Assembly (NCBI RefSeq): GCF_001194135.2
Contig: NC_068982.1
Location: forward strand, 37,856,799 to 37,920,798
DNA: 64,000 nucleotides
Source of the DNA: Octopus bimaculoides
Taxonomy: Eukaryota
Reading direction: 5' to 3'
Part shown: positions 1-13,320 of the stretch, one piece after another
Layout: each line of letters begins with the position of its first letter
Position numbering within the stretch: the stretch's first letter is position 1
Notes under the pieces: generated by a model
Seen by the model: the letters and a program-made list of their open reading frames with translations, nothing else
Databases searched by the model: none
What the model was told of the DNA's origin: nothing
Program-made: the position numbers and the translations under genes

Positions 1-52
1 TGCGATTAACAATATATTATTTTCTTCAGTAAATAATATATTGTTAATCGCA
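1..52. repeat. Perfect 22-bp inverted repeat with 8-nt loop
   Basis: tgcgattaacaatatattattt (1-22) / aaataatatattgttaatcgca (31-52). Confidence 0.95.
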
Positions 53-191
53 GGTCCAGCCGGATTAAAGTAATAGATGACGAAAGGGGGGTGAAGCCGG
101 TTAAGTAAATAGATATTTTTGGAAAATAGGTGCATTTTCAAACCTTCTTTCATATATATTTCCACTCGTACGATATTCCACAACTTTACTT

Positions 192-231
<40 letters not shown>

Positions 232-1029
232 GACTTCTTTCAGTTTCCATCTACCAAATTTACTTTGGTCAGCCTGAGGCTATAGTAGAAAACACCTGCC
301 CAAGGTACCACACAGTGGGACTGAACCTGGAACCATGTGGTTGGGAAGCAAGCTTCTAACCACACAGCCACGCCTATATATATATATATATACATTTTGG
401 GGGAGATTCTGTGGCATACATATACAATGAACTTCTTTCAATTTCCATCAACCAAATACACTTATAAGGCTTTAGTTAAGCCAGGTCTATAGCAGAATAC
501 ACTTGCCCAAGGTGTTGTTTTGTAAAACTGAACCCAAACCCACATGCACCATACAGCCATACCTGTGCCATGATAGAAATCATTCTAGGCATGACCTCAG
601 TCTTAAGGGTTTCTAAGATAACAATCATCATCTCATCTGTCTTACCTTATTTAAAATAGTAAGATGTGATTTTGGGCTGATTTGGTTTCTATTTCTAGCT
701 GGTCAAGCAATATTTCAGATGAGTCAACAAAAGAGTTTCAGCTTAATGTACACATTCTCTTGTAGGCTCATCTGAAATTTTAATTTAATATTTAAATACA
801 CTGATTAGATGGGGATAGGTGGGAGGGTTTAATAACCTGCATTGTAGAGAAAAAATAAATGAACTTCTTTGGTTTCTCTTGCTTATCACAGATGTTATAA
901 ATGGTTAAAAGCAACAGGATTCACAGACTGATTCATATGAAATAGTAAAACAGTTCAGTCTAGAAATAACCTTGTCAGAAATTTAGAAATAGTAGCACGA
1001 AAAAGTATGCTGGGGTTAGAATGTTCATT

Positions 1030-1112
1030 ACCACCACTGCTGCCAACACCACCCAAACTAGAACCACCACCACCACCACCACCACCACCACCACCATACC
1101 ACAACCACCACC
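1030..1112. repeat. (CCA)n microsatellite
   Basis: Direct reading; explains the poly-Pro/poly-Gly ORFs. Confidence 0.95.
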
Positions 1113-3861
1113 ATGTCCCCCTCCCCCATTTTAACTTTTGTTTCTCTTTACCTGTGCATATCACGTTACTTTGGCACCAAACCAGTTAAACAAATAACTG
1201 ATATAAGGTGGTGCAGTTCTCTGCTGCACATTATTGGTACAGTAACATTGCAAGAATTTGTGTAATTGGGTGAAGGCTATAATAGCTGGTTGTACTGTTT
1301 TGGGGTTTTTTAAATTTTTTTTTAATTTTCATTTAACACTACACTATTAAGAACCAAACAACTTAAGAAAGAATTAAGAAACAGAGAATATAGGGGACAC
1401 TATGATCCCCATTTAGTACCTCAAAAATCCAAGAGATATACTTTTAACGAATAAATCATGTATGCTATTATTGAGAAGCTAAGTCTACTCTGTGGTTATG
1501 AAATTTGCTTTCCTACCTCAGGTTCTACTATAGTCTTGTGAACATCTTTGGTAGATGGAAACTGTAAGAAGCCTGTCATATGTGTTTGTGTATGTGTGTG
1601 GAATAAGACACTCTAGAAAAGTAATTGCGCTTCATGACAATTTGCTTGAAGAAAAGTAGGTTTGAAGACTTAAAAGCGCTACGGAAATGGTAAAAGTAAA
1701 TGTTAGTTTATGATTTATTTGAAAATTCATTTTTAAGAACAGGTATGTCCAACAAACAATCTTAAACATGATGATAGCATGGAAAATATAAGAAAATGTT
1801 CTGTGAAATTAGAATGTATTTGCTAAAGAATACTTTGTTTGATTTTTCTCAACCAAATAATAATCTTTATATTTAAATTCTTTAAAACTTTCTCTTTATT
1901 GAAACAGAAAAAAATCTAACTATTCCATTTGTATCTAACTACACTGTCACACACACGCATACACACACACACACACACACATGCATGTGCACATTGTGTG
2001 GCTGAGGATATATATATGGATTTCCTACACTTCCCATTTTATTTTATCCTATTTTCTGACATGATAATTTCTTGCATTAGATTTAAAACTTTAGGTTTAA
2101 AGGGGTGAAAAGTTGGAAGATGTGACATTCATGCTTTTCTGAAATGTAAGATAAGTTCCACCTTGGGCAAGTGCCTTCTACTATAGCCTCAGGCTGACTA
2201 AAACCTTGTAAGTAGATTTAGTAGACGAAAACTGAAAAAAGCTCATTGTGTGTGTGTATGTGTCTGTGTGTCTTTGTGTATGTGTTTGTCCCTCATCACC
2301 ACTTAACAACTGGTGTTGGTGTGTTTATGTCCCTGTAACTTAATAGTTCAGCAAAAGAGACTGACTGAATAAGTACCAGGCTGTACAAAAAAATCAAAAA
2401 AATAATAAGTACTGAGGTCGGTTTGTTTGACTAAAATCATTCAAGGCATTGCTCCAGCATGGCTGCAGTCTAATGACTGCAACAAGTAAAAGATAAAAGA
2501 TAAAAAATAAGTGAAATAGGGTACTTTTTTTTTACCCTTGTTCTTATTCATTAGCATCATTACCATAACCATTTTATGCCTACCTTTCATGATGGTATGG
2601 GTTGGACAAGCCATCATGGTTCTAGTCAGTTCTTATATAGAGGTACTGTCCCACTGGACAGGCTGGAAAATCACGTCTCACTCATACATTTCATTTTTTA
2701 GTTTGTCTTTTCAGAGTATATTGGGTACACTAAAGAGGTTGTCATGTAATTGATTAAAGTTAAAGGATTCTCTCAATCCTATATATTTGCTTGGTTGCCA
2801 ACTGTTTTACAGATTGTAGTGGATGCATTTTATCATAGCATTGACAATAATGAAGTTGTCTTGAATATGTAAGGCATTTGAGGATGATTTATATTCACAA
2901 GGTGTATGTCTTCTATTATAATCATTGTAAATAAGTAAATATCAGTGAATTAATAGTTTTTTACTGGTTGGAGAAATATTATTAATTATAGCATTGACTA
3001 CTTCTTTTAGTGTAAGGGTACTGTACATCAACTAGCATAAACTATATCATTATATTGATGCAAATGCATCAGTAGAATCAATAGAAAATAAATATCAGCA
3101 TAGATTCTGATAAGCAAGATTCTTGTTAGTAAGAAATATAATTCTTAATTTACCTCAGCCTAACAAATTTTGTGTACCACTGAATAGAAAACTGGTACCA
3201 GTATTTGTATGTTATGACAGAAACTTATTATATTCTATTGTAATAATTTCAGCATATGAACATTAGTCAGTAGTATACAATAACTAATGTTGATAAAATT
3301 ACTTTTTATAAGTTTCTAGTTCATCAGTTGTGTATGACTCACATTGATAAATCAATGAAAGCTGTGTGGAAAAGAAAAATATCTGTATATTTTCAATATA
3401 AAGAGTGCTATTTGGGCAGCATAAGTATTAAATACTTGCTATTAGAATTAACTAGCAACGTCTGACTAGCAATTCTTTTTTATAAAGTATTGTAGGAAGT
3501 ATATTTACCTCATATCATATAAAATGTCCTGACTACATTTATGAGAGTGCATGTGACCAAATAAATAGGCTACAAGCCAAACAAGTCAAGAGGTCTGTCA
3601 CTGGTACTGCAGTGTGTCTGTGATTAAAGGCACCTTATCAAATGGCTAAATCCACTCAGCTAGAAATAGTAACACAGAATAGGGACAACTTTCTTCTGCA
3701 AATAGCAAAAGTATTGCAAAGTTGACAAGTAGTTCATTAGCTTGCAGTATGGAGTTCAGTTCCTCCTGTGACTATAACTCAGAGTAAGGTTGGTTCTATC
3801 AAGTTAATTTGTTCAAAGATGGGAGTTGCAACAACTCGATATATTAAAAAAAACTCAATGT

Positions 3862-4075
3862 GGAAAACTGGCAGAATTGTTAGCATACTGGGCAAAATGC
3901 TTAATGATATTTCGCCCATCTTTATGTTCTGAGCTTATATTCTGTTGAGGTTGACTTTGTCTTTCATCCTTTTGGAGTAGATAAAATAAGTACTAGTTGA
4001 GCATTGGGGTTGATGTAATTGACTTACCCCTGCCCCTGAAATTGTTAGTCTTGTGCCAAAATTTGAAACCAATAT
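3862..4075 (+). mobile_element. Meta-like SINE (older copy)
   Basis: ctggcagaattgttagca...gaggttgactttgtctttcatcc...ccaaaatttgaaacc. Further decayed copies at about 5010-5110 (-), 36901-37126 (+), 55395-55510 (-) and 63860-63975 (+). Confidence 0.7.
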
Positions 4076-7000
4076 ATTAAAGAACTTGTCACTAATCTTT
4101 CCATTTACATTTCACAGTATAATTGCACATTTTTTGTTGTTGTTATTTTGTATTGTGTAAGATAAAATTTATCAAATGGATTGATGGAATTTATGTCACT
4201 AGTTATTGTAGTATTTGTATGTTATATGAAATTTACTTGCTGTATGAGCCTCTAACTCACCTTTTTATAAAAGCTGTTATTACATTCATGGAAAGATTTT
4301 AATTCAACTCTGCAAGTTAATGAAAAATTCATCCGTTTTGTAGTGTTCAGCTATGACAGTTTGCACCAGCAGATTATATTAATATGTTGTATAATCTACT
4401 TAAATATTGGTGAACTGGGCTTCTGAGTGTTGAGTATATTGGTTGTATACACAACACAACACTGGTGACAGGACTAAAATCACTAACATTCAGTACATCA
4501 TTGACTCAGCAGTATGTAGCCTCTTTTAATGCATTTATAAGTTTCTAACTGTGTGGATCTAGGAACGGCAGAATGGTTATGAAATTTGCTCTGCAGCCAC
4601 GAAGTCCCAGAATTGATTTCACATTGTAGCATCTTGGACAAGTGCATTTACAATATTCTTAGATTCCTCCAAACCTTGTGGGTGAATTAGGATATATGGA
4701 AACAGTAAAAACTCTATGGAAACCTATCTGATGTACTGTGCCTGTAATTCAAAGGTCTGGCTTTGTTAAACATGTGTCATACTGATTCTATCTGTGGAAT
4801 ACTCAACCATTTTCTACTCTAGCTCTATGAGTAGGTTGTTCAGCTGATCAAACAACTGGATGCTCTAATGTTGAAATTGAGGGGTAGATCCACTAATCAT
4901 ATTTGTTTAGTAAATAAGGACCCCTACTGAATCTTTCGTGTTGAGGATGTCTAATATAGGTACAATACTATAAACTTGAGGGAAGACTGCAGAGATTTAA
5001 TTAACCTCACTATTTCTCCAGTCTTTATTTTATTGATCCCAGAAGACTGAAAATCAACCTTGTGATTTAAACTCAGACTGTATGTGGGCATAACTTAGCA
5101 CTACAAAGTATTAGTCCATTACTCTACCAGATCCATAATCTACTACCATTTATCTACTCAAAAATAACGAAAACTTACTTATGTATCTTATTTATTTCTA
5201 ATCACTGTTGCTATAAAGCCATTGTCACTAAATACGGAAAATTAGAAGATGTTCTTGTTTCAATAATCAAGGTACAGATTGTCCTCTGGATCAGTAGCCA
5301 GCCTAATTTCAAGTTTTGCTCATGATAGATTTGAACTCAACACTTTAAGTTTATTAAAACCAGGTGTATGGTATTATTAAAACTCTAGTCACATGCTTAA
5401 TTTTAAGATTCTCGTAGTGTTCTGGTAGAGTAAAATATTCTAACTTCCATGCAAAATTCATATCCTGCAATATCCTGATTTTTAGGAGTTGATAGATTTT
5501 CTTATCTTGGTAAGTTGATCTTCTTTTCATCTGAAAACTAAAACTTTCTCTTTAAATATGAAATATATATATCAAATATATATTAATAATATAAAATTTA
5601 ATCAGTGAAAAGATTAACTTTGTACCCCACCACCCACCAGAAAGCATCTTATTGATCTTTTCGTTAAGTAAAACAGGTCTAGATACTTATCATTAAGTTA
5701 TAAACCAGGAATTTAAGGGTACCAAGTATTGTACATAAGGCAGGGAACTAGTGAAAGAGGCCCATATTTAGAATGGGTGAATAGAACAAGTAAATAATAA
5801 GCATTCATAAATCCTGTAAAGTTAGTGAATGAAAACTGTTTAAGAAAGTTAAGCTGATATAAATGATTAAGGATTAAGCAATGAGGTTAGTACGTCAATT
5901 TAACTCCATCTCCACATATATTCCTGAACTTTATTTTGAAGCAAAATATATTCTTTCTCTAATATGATAAATATATTGTATTTATATCTTTATTTATTAT
6001 GATTTTGAAGGCATATAGCCTAATGTTTGACTCATGAGCATAAAGATTGTGAGTTCAATTCCTAGATCCGATAGTATGTTGTGTTCTTGAGCAAAGCACT
6101 TCATTTTACGAATCTCCTGTATGCTCAGCTGCAAATGGATATTAGCTGGGTGCTGATGCAATACTCTCTCTCCCTTCTACTGTCACATTCTGAATACCTG
6201 TGGGTGAGGGAACTGAAAGGGTGTCTATATCTGTTTGTGACTATGTTGGTACCTAAAACAATTAGCAAAAGCATGGTACATATTAGCAAAAGGCACACTT
6301 GCTCATGAGTGATGGTTGGCTGAACTATACTGTACAGTTATGATTAACTTTCAGAAAATGCCTGAGCACAGCTGAAATATTTCAAGGTATAATTTCTTGA
6401 GTTTTTATATCCATTAACTTTTCATATTAAGTATAAAATGTCAATGGTGAATACTAAAATATTTTGTATTTCTAATATAAAAGTTTAACTCCTCTTCTTA
6501 CTCTTTTTCTTCCTCCTTCCTTTTCTTTCTTCATATTTACCAATTTTGCCTATGAGTCACACAATGAACTGACTGCTTCTTAGAAACCTCATTATGGGTA
6601 AACAAGATGACTTCATTCAGTTGATGTAATCTTTATACGCCATATGCGCAGGATTTGAATTTGTATAGGCTGTTTTGTGTTCAATTTCCAATGAATGAAT
6701 TGTCTTGGTTTTGTTTAGTAATCGATCCTGATGGAGTGCACTCCAGTCCTGCTAAAGTACACAATAGTTAGCCACATCTACTACCACTAATACCACTATT
6801 ACTACAAGTAATACTACTGTTGCTACTGTTACAGATGGAAACTAACTTACTAAGAAATGTCCAGTCAATAACAAGGTCTAGGTTTCAAATATCAATACTC
6901 CATCCTGTTACCAATCACTTGTGGATATTGTAACACATATCACATATCCACCATAAAAGGGAAGAAAGCATTAGAACAAAAACAAAAAAATAAATAAAAC

Positions 7001-7885
7001 CCTCGTACAAAACTGCTTGGTACCTTTATGATATTCCATGAAGTTCAAGTAGTTGTTATTGGGTATATGTTTTCAGAAACCCCTTCTATTGCTGTTACTA
7101 ATACTGTTGCAGCTGTTTCTGTTGTTGTTAGTATTGTTGTTGATCGGCTGCAATTGACTTTCGTGATACAGCCATACACTACTAGTTCATTGTTAACTAT
7201 TCCAAATTGGGAAAAATCAATAAAACTCTTCTGACTATTACTACTACATGGGGAGTTCCGCAGTGTGAATACAGGAGTGTCTATACGGTCTTTAAAATGT
7301 AGCCTATCTACCATCTCTAATTGCTCTAGACAGTCCAGTTTTTGAGTGTGGATGTGTGTGCATGGGTGCATGTATGTGTGCATGTGTGCATGTGTGTACA
7401 CCACTCCTAATACTATCCCACTTCAGTTTATATATATAGTCACTGCTTTCTCAGAGTCATGGTACTTATGAGTCAAGTTTCTGGTTAAGGCTTTACTTTT
7501 GTGAACATTCTACTGAGTATGGTTATGTCAGAAAGTGAATACCCAAGTCAGCAGAATCTCTTGGATAATATGGCAGGGTCCCTGGTAAGTTAATATTTTT
7601 ATGTCTTATGTAACAACTATTCATCTAGCCAGCAGCAACAACAGTAGTAGCAGTGGCAGCAGCAGCAGCCTACTAATGCTGCTTTTCAGCATAAAACTTT
7701 TATTAATGTTTTTCCTTATGGTGGAGAAACTATTGGTATTGAGATAATAATAACATTGATAACTGTTACAGTTGCTCTTTTGATAGATTAGTAGTAGTAG
7801 TAGCAGCAGCAGTAGCAATGGTACTGGTAGTAGGTTGCTAGTGGTAATGATGTTTGTTACTGGTGCCAGTGATAGTGTACTAAGC

Positions 7886-7971
<86 letters not shown>

Positions 7972-8759
7972 TATAGAAAGTGTGTGTGTATGTTGATTGT
8001 TTTGTGATTGGAGAAAATTGGACAGTTGTGGAAAAGTTACTTTACAACAGAATGTATTTAACTATCTGTGTAAAATGTAAATAAGTGTAGGATGTCCCAA
8101 AGTGTACAGTAACTTTTTTGGTATTGAACAGAGAAAAGAACGGACTGTTTCAGTTGTTCACAAACTATGTAGTTTAGTTCTGTGTTTCTTATGGTGGGAC
8201 TAAGTTAGTTGAAAAGGGTAGAGTGGGGTGGGTGAGGTCAAATTGCCCATTTTAATAAAGTTAACATTCTCTCCAACTTTTTAAACTTGTCAAACACCTT
8301 AGTGAAGGAAGAAGAATTATATGGATCATCTATTTTGTTTTCTTGTTAATAAATAGTGGGGAAGAGGTGCCAAAAAATTTCCTAATATTTTTTGGGGAGG
8401 AACCTGGTATTTGTCAATTTGAGAACCACTGTTTTAGTTAAGGGTCCAAAAGACATGCTTTATACACTATTTAGATTGTAGTTACTTTCATGTATGTGTG
8501 TGTGTGTGTGTATGTGTGTGTTTATAGATATATAGATATGTAAATGATTTAGTTACATCTAAGTTTTTAATAATTATGAACGATGAATGTACCAGATCTT
8601 TGGGAACAGTTAGAACTGGACAGAAACATTATAATTTTTAATATAAATTAATTACACTATCTTGATTTCTAATAGAGCCATTTAGTTTAAAATTCTCAGC
8701 TTGAGATGTATAAAATTATTTCACTTTTCAAACTTCGTAAAAGTCATTAGCATTATTTC

Positions 8760-8786
8760 ATTTTACCATATTGCTTTCAGGTAAGT
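8760..8786 (+). promoter_or_regulatory. Juxtaposed 3'/5' splice sites (candidate recursive splice site)
   Basis: tttcattttaccatattgctttcag|gtaagt with the junction at 8780/8781. Confidence 0.4.
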
Positions 8787-9169
8787 GAGTCTTCTCATTT
8801 TAAAATACCTAGATAATGATTTGTTATATGAACACAAGGCCCATACAATTATAGGGAAGGTGGTTAATCATCTGAGTTGATTCCAGAACTTGTGTGTTCC
8901 TTAATTTTATAAACCTCAAAAGGACAAAACAAATAGAAACATTATAGTGGTATTTAATTTCAGAATGCAAAGGAATGTAATTTAAAAGTTGAAAACTCTT
9001 GTGCCATACCTAAGTATTTTTTTACAGCTGTTACTCAAAAGTAATTATGACTTGGCTGCATGTACCATGTTTTCATCAATTGTTTTACATGATGTATGTA
9101 GTCACGAGTTGACATAAACACCCACTTGGTTCTCCCATTAACCTCACAGAACATCCATAATGTGATAAC

Positions 9170-9207
<38 letters not shown>

Positions 9208-9294
9208 CCTTCACTTCATCATTCAACTGATACCCATTTCAGCTGAGTAGACTGAAGTGTCTTTCTAAGGATCTCAGTATGCTGCCTGGTCCTA

Positions 9295-9296
9295 TA

Positions 9297-9330
<34 letters not shown>

Positions 9331-9453
9331 CATACATACACAAATACATACACACATACATACATACATACACATACATACATACACACACACACATATA
9401 CATACACACATGTACATACATACATACATACATACATACATACATACATACAC
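9295..9453. repeat. (TACA)n microsatellite
   Basis: Direct reading. Confidence 0.95.
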
Positions 9454-10884
9454 ACAAATATTTATTTATTTAGTAAACTTCTACAAGAAAAACATTGACA
9501 GTTAACTTTAATGTTTTGGCTTAGACTATACACACACATCACGTGAGAGACAGTATGTCTGTTATTTAATATTTTGACAATAGGAAAAGTTCCAGTTGAT
9601 GCAGTATCTTCTGGCGAATAAAATGACAACAAGCACTTACAAAAATATTAGTGTTCAATATGCACTCGCATGGAAATATGTAGAATCTAGAATCTATGTG
9701 TATTTATGTTATATTCAGTCTATCATTAGACTCATACTACAACTGCATATGAGAATCCAAGTAAATTTTAATTTGAGTTTATAACTGTTGATTTTTCCAT
9801 GAGTGAAACAGCCATTTGGATTAGTATTCAGCATTGCATACTCATAAGGATCTAATACTATATTTACTGTAAAAACACACGCGGGCGCGCATACACATAC
9901 ACACATACATGTATGCATGCAAGCATGCACACACTCACTCTCTCTTTCTATCTCTCTCATTCTCCCTCCCTCTCTCTCACACACATAACACATGCTTAAA
10001 TGTTATATAATGATTTCTAACATAGGCACAATGCTACAAATTTTTATGGATGGGATTTGTTAATTAGATCAACTCCAGTACATCACTGAATGAAAGCATG
10101 AAAAGCAGAATCAATATTGGCAATATTTGAAATCAGAACATAACTAAATACTGCAAAGATTTTTCTCTACCAGTTCTGCCATCCACAAAAGATAAATACA
10201 GTCAACTATCCTTCCTTAGTTTGATACTTGCAATGAGAAATAACCCCTTGAAACAAATTATCAGTTAGTGGGTGATCTATTCTGCTACCTTCTGGAGATA
10301 AAGTATGAGAAATAGAGATGTTTCTGATTGCTTGAGGCACCAGTAATAAAGTTGATGAATTAGCAACAATCAGAACATAACACAGACAACTTTTATGCGC
10401 AGTTGCATCAAATTATTAGCAAAACCTTCCTTCTTCCATTTCATTGCTGTGCCTACCCCCCCCCCCCCACTAGATCATGTGTATAACCTTTATGAAATTA
10501 CTTTCCTGATCCTCCTTGCCATAGCTATAGTCACACCTTTCCTCACGATTGGTAACACAATCCTTCATTCTCAGTAGCCTTGGGTTGCCAATCTGAATAC
10601 CTCTAGTAGGTAAAGTCCTCTGTTCACCCTGCTTATGTCAGGGAAAAATGATGCTTAATAGTTATAATGAAGGCAACTATCTAGAAAGTTGGTTCCTTCA
10701 AACAAATCCTATACTATTCAAAATTACACAAAGGAGAAGTTGGCTGTACAAATTGAAATAAAGACAACCTGTCTAGGATTGCAGCAACTCTGAGTAAAAA
10801 CTGAGACAGTATTGAAAGGACACTTTAATACTGGTAGATTGTCTCTGTCTTACTGGTGATATCTTAAATTGCATTCAGTCCCTA

Positions 10885-13320
10885 CTGTAAAGTGGTTGGC
10901 GATAGAAGGAAATGCTAAAATCATGATAGTTACAAATACACTGAAACTCCCTAATTACATATACAAGGTTAACATTCGCCATATTAGAGCTGTGTACATT
11001 AGTTAGGTGGCCGGGTGGTAAAATCTTCTTTTTAGGCATAGGAGAATGATATTAAATAATCTACTCACCAGTGGAAACGTTTTACTTATTATCAAGTACA
11101 AATCAATGCTGGCATTCTGAAAGGTAAATTTGGAGAGATTGTTGTGATTTCGGAGCACTGATGAATAGATGTGTAGTGTATACAAGTGTTAAGGTGGAGG
11201 AGGGTCTCAGTCAGACTCCTCGCAAATGAGGAAAACAAGTATAAATTCTTAAGGGTGGTTAATAGCACAGAGGAAACTGGAGTAGGCATACTGTTGGCAG
11301 ACAAATGGACAAACTAATTATAGTCAGAAGGCATGTCAGAATATTAAGTTTATACTAGCTATATGCAACATGGTAGCAGAACCAGTGATCTTTGCATATG
11401 TTCCACAATCAGAACTAACAGATAAGCAAAAAGGACATTTCTACAAAGTCTTCATGCAGACAACCTTGTTATCACATCCGGTGACTATAATGAATATGTT
11501 GGGCAACACTTTAAAGGCTAGCTTGATGTACATGGAGGCTATGATTGTGGTACATAGATTGATGTGAAATCAAGGTTCTTAGAGTTTCATATTACAAATA
11601 ACTTGACCATTTGCGACAATGACTTCAGCTATTGAACCACTCAGGTGAACACACAAACCAAATAGACTTACATACTGTTGTGAATACTAAGTCTTCAAGT
11701 GAAGAATGTATCATATAATGTAAACTAGGAATTAGTGACACCAGAGTAAAAGTTAGCTAGTCCCAAAGACACAAAATAATTTGAAAGATTCTTCCCTCAG
11801 TCAGACATAGGTTCAAAGAAGTAACCACAGAAGCCTGAATTTGATGGACCAAGTTATGAAACTTACAAGAAGAACAAATAATGGAAAAAATTAGCTATGA
11901 TTAAATTCGGTTTATGTTTGTACCAGGATGAGGAACTACTGACGACTTTTTATGTCAGAAGAGTTCTTAGCCAAGAGCAAGCTACTGCAGATAGGATTCT
12001 TTGACCTGGAATAGGTCTTTGTCAAGGTTTCACACCCTGTAGTTTGTTGATCACTGAGAAAAATAGGTGTGAATAAGTGACTTGTGAGAGCTGTGCAAAT
12101 ATGTCAGACTCCTATCAGCAAATTGTTCTTTGGAGTCCTCCAAGCCATAATAGAGCATTTTAAGACCAGCTTTTCAGGGAACCTGTTTTAATGCTGATAA
12201 CCTACTTGGTCAAAGAATTAGAGGACATATTCAAAACATAGAAGCAGGGCCTTGAATCAAGAGGTCCAAAACTAAATCTAACAAGCACAAAAAGTTTTGG
12301 TCAAGTAGAAATGATACAAAACTCTGTTGCTATATGGAAAGTGGCCTGCTCAATTTACAGAAAGGATGGAGGAAGAAATTCTGTACTATGGATAGGATCT
12401 AAAGTAGGCACTTATAGTATGGGCAACTTCATATGTAGTTGGTGTGCAGGAATACTTACAAGTAGGAGTAACTATGAAATAAATGTTTCAAATGCCTAGA
12501 AGGCTTCTCTAAAGGTTGTTGATAACTTCTGTAACTTTGATAACCTAATTTGCACTGGATAGGAGCTGATCTGAAAAATAACCAGAGTAAGAATAAGGTA
12601 GTAAAAGTTCAGTGAAATGTAACTATCTCTGCTAGCAACAAAAGAATCCTCTTTTTGAATGAAGTGTAAACTGTAAGTCACATATGTATGAAGTGTGATA
12701 TTGCATTGTAGTGAAACATGGGCTTTGAATGTGGAAGATGTGTGAAAAGAATGAGGCATCCATGCTTTACTGTGTAGTGTAAAATTGCTTTCAGATTTTG
12801 GCACAAGGCTAGCAATTTCAAGGAAGGAGGTGAGCTGATTAAATCAACTCCAGTGCTCAACTGATACTTATTTTATTGACTTATTTTGAAAGGCAAAGTT
12901 AACCTCAGCAGAGTTTGAACTCAGAATGTAAAGATGGATGAAATGCTGTTGAGCATTTTGCCTGGCATGCTAATGGTTGTGCTAGTTTGCTACCTTTGGG
13001 TAGCGTAATATTGGTGAGCATGAACTGGGTATAAGAGGAATCAGAAGCAACGTGCAAGATTAGAGATTGCACTGGTGTGGACATTTGATGTTTATAAAAT
13101 ATTACAGTTGTGTCAAGGAAGTCCCAAGCAATCCAAGTGGGAAAATCTAACAGAAAGGAAAAATTATGGAAGACAGGGGAAGGAATGGTGAAGATTGACC
13201 TCAGGATGCTGAACTTTGCAAAGGAGATGGCAAAATATTATAACACACAGTAACAAACTGTTAGTGAAGACCTATTCAACTAATGCAAGCTTGGTAAAAA
13301 AAAAATGGACATAAAATGAT
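10885..13320 (+). mobile_element. Highly decayed, internally deleted RTE-clade LINE (APE endonuclease + RT remnants)
   Basis: Recognisable remnants: INAGILKGKFGEIV (about 11100), GVGILLADKW (about 11280), IFAYVPQ, GDYN-like and QIDYIL motifs, a DxEKAFD-like region (about 12000), a YADDL-like region (about 12190), QGLESRG and GKWPACS, and an RTE-type tail (tgcaagc..ggaaaa..ggacataaaatgat). Interrupted by a SINE at 12786-12997. Confidence 0.8.
12786..12997 (-). mobile_element. Meta-like SINE nested in the RTE LINE
   Basis: Same family sequence. Degenerate TSD gtgtagtgtaaaatt / gggtagcgtaatatt; RTE homology resumes on both sides. Confidence 0.75.

Noticed and set aside
6733-6744. 12-bp palindrome ggagtgcactcc (and short hairpins at about 19634, 32620, 54647)
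   Set aside because: Short enough to occur by chance in 64 kb; no supporting context.
7045-7404. 119-aa minus-strand ORF
   Set aside because: Starts in a CA-type repeat and ends in Thr-rich low complexity; no recognisable domain or splice structure.
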